DNA of 64,000 nucleotides, taken from assembly GCA_030141605.1 (NCBI GenBank), contig JAQGDQ010000079.1, forward strand, positions 372,001-436,000. The letters are read 5' to 3'. Positions 63,396-64,000 of the stretch are shown piece by piece; the stretch's first letter is position 1; each line of letters opens with the position of its first letter. Source of the stretch: Tubiluchus corallicola (lineage: Eukaryota > Animalia > Priapulida). The notes beneath the pieces were generated by a model, which searched no databases, was not told the DNA's origin, and saw nothing but the letters and a program-made list of their open reading frames with translations. The position numbers and the translations under genes are program-made.

Positions 63396-63549
63396 CCAGG
63401 TAGAAAAGTCACAAGTAAAAATGCCATAGGAAAAAGTCAAGGAAAAAGGCACAGAAAAAAGATAATAACCCTAACCCTAAATCCTAGCCAATTTGCGATT
63501 TTTTTGTGTGACATTTTTTCGTGACTTTTTCCTGTGATTTTATTACCGG
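63396..63549. mobile_element. Small fold-back element with arrays of GGAAAAAGTCAC-like units and a central (TAACCC)2 core
   Basis: Left arm AAAAGTCACA/AAAAAGTCAA/AAAAAGGCACA, right arm TGTGACATTTTT/GTGACTTTTTCC/TGTGATTTT, centre TAACCCTAACCCTAA at 63466-63480. Confidence 0.55.
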
Positions 63550-64000
63550 TCACCGGAAAAACACAGGATTGGGAGAGTCAGGTTGAGGAGAACTCAGAGA
63601 CGTCGTCAATTAATAAATAAAAGTTCGTTAAAGGCAAAGATTTGTTATCCTATGTAGAATGCAGAATGACAAAAATGTCTAAAAACAAAACATTTACTCC
63701 TAAAAATGCTTAATTAGCATCAGCCAGTATTTTAAAGCTGGTACAGAACGTAACCAATCTTTTTTGGAGTTTGAAATTTTAAAACTGAATTATTTGTTTT
63801 GGAAATAATTGAGTTTTTGTTTTGAAAATGCACAATTCATTTGCCCTGGTAGGGCTGCCGCCGTTCGTTAGACTGTGTCTAGACACTGCCACGTACAATC
63901 GTACGCCGGCCTGCAGTCTATACGTAAGCAGAAATCTCTCCGTTTATATTTTTTGTGCCATTTGAACTCAGTATCTTTTGCATGGGAGTCCACGACGCAT

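Overview
AT-rich, intron-containing genomic DNA from an invertebrate animal (not prokaryotic; no CRISPR, rRNA or intact tRNA seen). I rebuilt five protein-coding genes by hand from splice signals and reading frame: (1) URAD/OHCU decarboxylase (+, 2 coding exons, C-terminal GKL); (2) an SLC16/monocarboxylate-transporter-family MFS gene (-, 5 coding exons, one GC-AG intron); (3) a PI-PLC X-domain (PLCXD-like) gene (+, 3 exons), head-to-head with the transporter, with an unusual signal-peptide/RSKR leader; (4) an 11-exon atypical, probably O2-sensing soluble guanylate cyclase (Gyc88E/beta3-like) ending in a CaaX box; (5) a 106-aa single I-set Ig protein resembling telokin, with a candidate CArG+TATA promoter. 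The rest is repeat-rich: a decayed L2/CR1-type LINE, hAT- and Harbinger-like MITEs, Helitron/Helentron-like pieces, tRNA-derived SINE relics, Penelope-type hammerhead motifs, and mini/microsatellites. The best leads are the telokin-like unit, the possibly secreted PLCXD with a CLEAR-like bidirectional promoter, and an intact-core hammerhead motif. All calls are by eye; no database searches were run, so novelty is unverified.
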